Positions 61,002 to 64,000 of a stretch of 64,000 nt of DNA are shown piece after piece. Source of the DNA: Gammaproteobacteria bacterium (GTDB lineage Bacteria > Pseudomonadota > Gammaproteobacteria > JABABF01); contig OZ250153.1 of NCBI GenBank assembly GCA_965237805.1, positions 736,001-800,000 of the forward strand, in the 5' to 3' direction. Made by a program: the position numbers and the translations under genes. How positions within the stretch are numbered: position 1 is the first letter of the stretch; each line of letters begins with the position of its first letter. A model generated the notes under the pieces. The model saw only the letters and a program-made list of their open reading frames with translations. It was not told the origin of the DNA and made no database searches.

Positions 61002-62060
61002 ATGGCTAGTGCAAAAACCCTCGGTGACATCACGGTGGCACGGGATGAGTACCAGCAGCTGATCGCCCGCTCCCGTCCCCTCTACCCACTGCCCATGCCC
61101 TATGGCTGGTTCGCCGTCGCTTTCAGCGACCAACTGGCCGCCAAGCAATCCAAGCCGCTGCGCTACTTCGACACCGACTTGGTGATGTTCCGCACTGAAT
61201 CCGGTCGCGCCGCGGTGCTCGACGCCTACTGTCCACATCTCGGTGCCCACCTCGGCTACGGCATCCACGAGGAAGTCGGCCACGGCGGGCGCATCGAGGG
61301 CGAGACCATCGTCTGCCCTTTCCACGCATGGCGCTTCGACACCGACGGCAACTGTGTCGAGGTGCCCTATGCCAGCAAGATCCCGCCCAAGGCACGGGAC
61401 AAAGCCTGCCTGCGCGCATGGCCGACACGCGATGTCAACGGCGCGATCTATGTCTGGTACCACCCGGCGAGCATCGAGCCGATGTGGGAAGTGACTGCAT
61501 ACGAGGAGACCAATCACGAGGAGTGGGGCGAGCAAGTACACTTTGAGTGGATCGTCAAGACGCATCTCCAAGAGATGGCGGAGAACGCCGCCGACCCGGC
61601 ACATTTCCGCTATGTACACCGCGCCGCCACCGTGCCCGAATGGGACATCAAATACGACGGGCACCACGCCAATGGCAAGCAGAAGGTCGTGTTCCAGATC
61701 CCGCGCGGAGTCGTCAACAGCTTCATCCGCACCTTCTCTGACGGACCCGGCCAAGGGAATACCCGTTTCAGCGGCATTTGCGAGACCTTCCTGATGGGCT
61801 TGACGACGCCGATTGACCAGGACACCTCACATATGCGCTTTGCCTTCATCCAGCACCAAGATAGCGTGGACAGCGATGTCGCCAAAGGCTTAATCCGCAA
61901 TATCGTCAGCCAGTTCGAGGAAGACAAGCCGGTCTGGGAAAACAAGCGCTACCGCTCCTTGCCTATACTGTGCGACGGAGACGGCCCGCTCGCCCGCTTC
62001 CGCAAGTGGTACGGCCAGTTCTATCACAACTTCGACCCAGTGCAGCAGATGGCACCCTGA
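61002..62060 (+). CDS. Rieske oxygenase alpha subunit, KshA/Neverland-like, copy 1
   Basis: CPHLG...CPFH, ENAADPAHFRYVH and D.PVWENK...LCDGDGP motifs. Confidence 0.9.
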   Translation: MASAKTLGDITVARDEYQQLIARSRPLYPLPMPYGWFAVAFSDQLAAKQSKPLRYFDTDLVMFRTESGRAAVLDAYCPHLGAHLGYGIHEEVGHGGRIEGETIVCPFHAWRFDTDGNCVEVPYASKIPPKARDKACLRAWPTRDVNGAIYVWYHPASIEPMWEVTAYEETNHEEWGEQVHFEWIVKTHLQEMAENAADPAHFRYVHRAATVPEWDIKYDGHHANGKQKVVFQIPRGVVNSFIRTFSDGPGQGNTRFSGICETFLMGLTTPIDQDTSHMRFAFIQHQDSVDSDVAKGLIRNIVSQFEEDKPVWENKRYRSLPILCDGDGPLARFRKWYGQFYHNFDPVQQMAP

Positions 62061-62072
62061 GACAAGAAAAGC

Positions 62073-63134
62073 ATGGACACCGCCCACCATCCCAGCCACA
62101 CCATGGGCGATGCTGGCATTGCGCAGGCCGAGTACGAGCAACTGCTCGGCCACTCGCGCCCGCCCTACCAGCTGCCGATGCCGATGGGCTGGTTCGGCGT
62201 CAGCTACTCCGATGAGCTCAAAGTCGGAGAATCCAAGCCGCTGCGTTACTTCGACACCGACTTGGTGCTGTTCCGCACCGAATCTGGTCGCGCCGTGCTG
62301 CTCGATGCCTACTGCCCGCATCTGGGTGCCCACCTCGGCTACGGCATCCACAAGGAAGTCGGCACTGGCGGGCGCATCGAGGGCGAGACCATCGTCTGTC
62401 CCTTCCACGCCTGGCGCTTCAACGCCGAAGGCGAGTGCGTGGAGGTGCCCTATGCCAGCAAGGTACCGCCCAAGGCCGCCGACAAACCCTGCATCCGCGC
62501 ATGGAATGTGCGCGAAGTCAACGGCACAATTTCCGCTTGGTACCATCCTGAAGGCACCGACCCACTGTGGGATGTGATCGAATACGAGGAGACCACCAGC
62601 GACGAGTGGGGCACCCCGCAGCGCTACGAGTGGGTGGTCAACGCACCGTTGCAGGAGATCGGCGAGAACAGTGCCGACCCGGCCCACTTCCTCTATGTGC
62701 ACCGCGTCCACGAGATGCCCAAGTGGGAGATTAAATACGACGGCTACCGCGACAGTGGCGTGCAGCAGGTGAAGCTGCGCACCCCGCGCGGGCCGATCTC
62801 CGGTGCCATCAGCTCGGAGGGCAACGGCCCCGGTCAGGGCTGCACCCGCTTCACTGGCCTATGCCAGACCTTCCTGATGGGAATCACGGCACCCATCGAC
62901 CCCACCCATACCCATGTGCGCTTCGTCTTCATCCAAGCCAAAGCCGACGAAGGCAACGGGCTCGCCAAAGGCTTGATCCGCGACATCGTCAAGCAGTTTG
63001 AGGAAGACAAGCCGATCTGGGAGCACAAGCGCTATCGCTCCTTGCCTATACTGTGCGACGGAGACGGCCCGATCGCCCGCTACCGCAAGTGGTTCACCCG
63101 CTTCTACCCCGGTTTCGACGCATCGAAGCTATGA
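62073..63134 (+). CDS. Rieske oxygenase alpha subunit, KshA/Neverland-like, copy 2
   Basis: Same motifs; ENSADPAHFLYVH. Confidence 0.9.
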   Translation: MDTAHHPSHTMGDAGIAQAEYEQLLGHSRPPYQLPMPMGWFGVSYSDELKVGESKPLRYFDTDLVLFRTESGRAVLLDAYCPHLGAHLGYGIHKEVGTGGRIEGETIVCPFHAWRFNAEGECVEVPYASKVPPKAADKPCIRAWNVREVNGTISAWYHPEGTDPLWDVIEYEETTSDEWGTPQRYEWVVNAPLQEIGENSADPAHFLYVHRVHEMPKWEIKYDGYRDSGVQQVKLRTPRGPISGAISSEGNGPGQGCTRFTGLCQTFLMGITAPIDPTHTHVRFVFIQAKADEGNGLAKGLIRDIVKQFEEDKPIWEHKRYRSLPILCDGDGPIARYRKWFTRFYPGFDASKL

Positions 63135-63185
63135 GCTGAAGACATGCCCCCCCAGAGACAAACCGCAGCAGAGGACAGCCACGCC

Positions 63186-64000
63186 ATGGACACTCCCCAC
63201 CCGAACCACAGTCTGGGCGATGCCAGCGTCGCACACAGCGAATACGAGCAGCTGCTCGGTCACTCGCGACCGAGCTACAAGATGCCGATACCGACCGGCT
63301 GGTTCTGCGTCAGCTACTCCGATGAACTGAAGGTCAGAGAATCCAAGCCGCTGCGCTACTTCGACACCGACTTGGTGCTGTTCCGCACCGAGTCCGGTCG
63401 CGCCGTGCTGCTCGATGCCTACTGCCCGCATCTGGGCGCCCACCTCGGCTACGGCATCCACGAGGAAGTCGGCACCGGCGGGCGCATCGAGGGTGAGACC
63501 ATCGTCTGCCCCTTCCACGCCTGGCGCTTCAACGCCGAAGGCGAGTGCGTGGAGGTGCCCTATGCCAGCAAGGTACCGCCCAAGGCCGCCGACAAACCCT
63601 GCATCCGCGCATGGAATGTGCGCGAGACCAACGGCGCGATCTCCGCTTGGTACCACCCCGAAGGAGTCGACCCACTGTGGGATGTGATCGAATACGAAGA
63701 GGCCAACAGTGACGAGTGGGGCACCCCGCAGCGCTTCGAGTGGACGGTGAACACGCATATGCAGGAGATGGCTGAAAACGCCGCCGACCCGGCCCACTTC
63801 CTCTATGTGCACCGCGTCCACGAGATGCCCAACTGGGATATCCAATACGAAGGGCACCGTTCCCACAACATCCAAAATGTCAATTTCCGCACCCCGCGCG
63901 GGCCGGTGTCGGGGGCCATCACCGCCCGCACCAACGGCCCCGGCCAGAGCACAACACGCTTCAGCGGCCTGTGCGAGACCTTCTTGATGGGGCTGACCTC
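63186..64000 (+). CDS. Rieske oxygenase alpha subunit, copy 3 (partial, runs off right edge)
   Basis: ATG 63186 gives MDTPHPNHSLGDAS...; frame open to window end; same Rieske and Fe-binding motifs. Confidence 0.88.
   Translation, partial: MDTPHPNHSLGDASVAHSEYEQLLGHSRPSYKMPIPTGWFCVSYSDELKVRESKPLRYFDTDLVLFRTESGRAVLLDAYCPHLGAHLGYGIHEEVGTGGRIEGETIVCPFHAWRFNAEGECVEVPYASKVPPKAADKPCIRAWNVRETNGAISAWYHPEGVDPLWDVIEYEEANSDEWGTPQRFEWTVNTHMQEMAENAADPAHFLYVHRVHEMPNWDIQYEGHRSHNIQNVNFRTPRGPVSGAITARTNGPGQSTTRFSGLCETFLMGLT

Overview
A GC-rich gammaproteobacterial chromosome segment. A host-associated marine lineage such as a sponge symbiont is plausible but inferred only from gene content. 1-16.5 kb (minus strand): core tRNA(Tyr-Gly-Thr)-tuf-tRNA(Trp)-secE-nusG-rplKAJL-rpoBC-rpsLG-fusA cluster with divergent proteins and very short spacers. 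16.7-30.5 kb: rplU-rpmA-obgE-proB, GST, TlpA, GDSL lipoprotein, a frameshifted CDF transporter, ArsC, an OB-fold/thiolase/MFP/RND operon and htpX. 30.7-35.4 kb: an AT-rich, integrase-free defence-like islet after tRNA-Thr(CGT), carrying a beta-class MTase plus putative REase converging on a ParB-like gene, a Dam-family MTase and a decayed HEPN gene. 35.5-41.6 kb: selO and a B12 uptake module (cobalamin riboswitch, btuB, BtuM-like). 41.6-64 kb: lipid/steroid-type modification genes (LLM, SDRs, sulfotransferases, epoxide hydrolase, OYE, SnoaL, duplicated esterases, DUF1214 pair, at least 3 tandem KshA/Neverland-like Rieske oxygenases), interrupted by an AT-rich FRG-TPR gene and several pseudogenes. 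Best candidates for undescribed systems: the ParB-like/Dam/HEPN operon, the FRG-TPR fusion, the DUF1214-sulfotransferase module, the Rieske array, and a G/T versus C/A strand skew converging on the insertion sites. All family calls come from reading motifs by eye; no database search was run.
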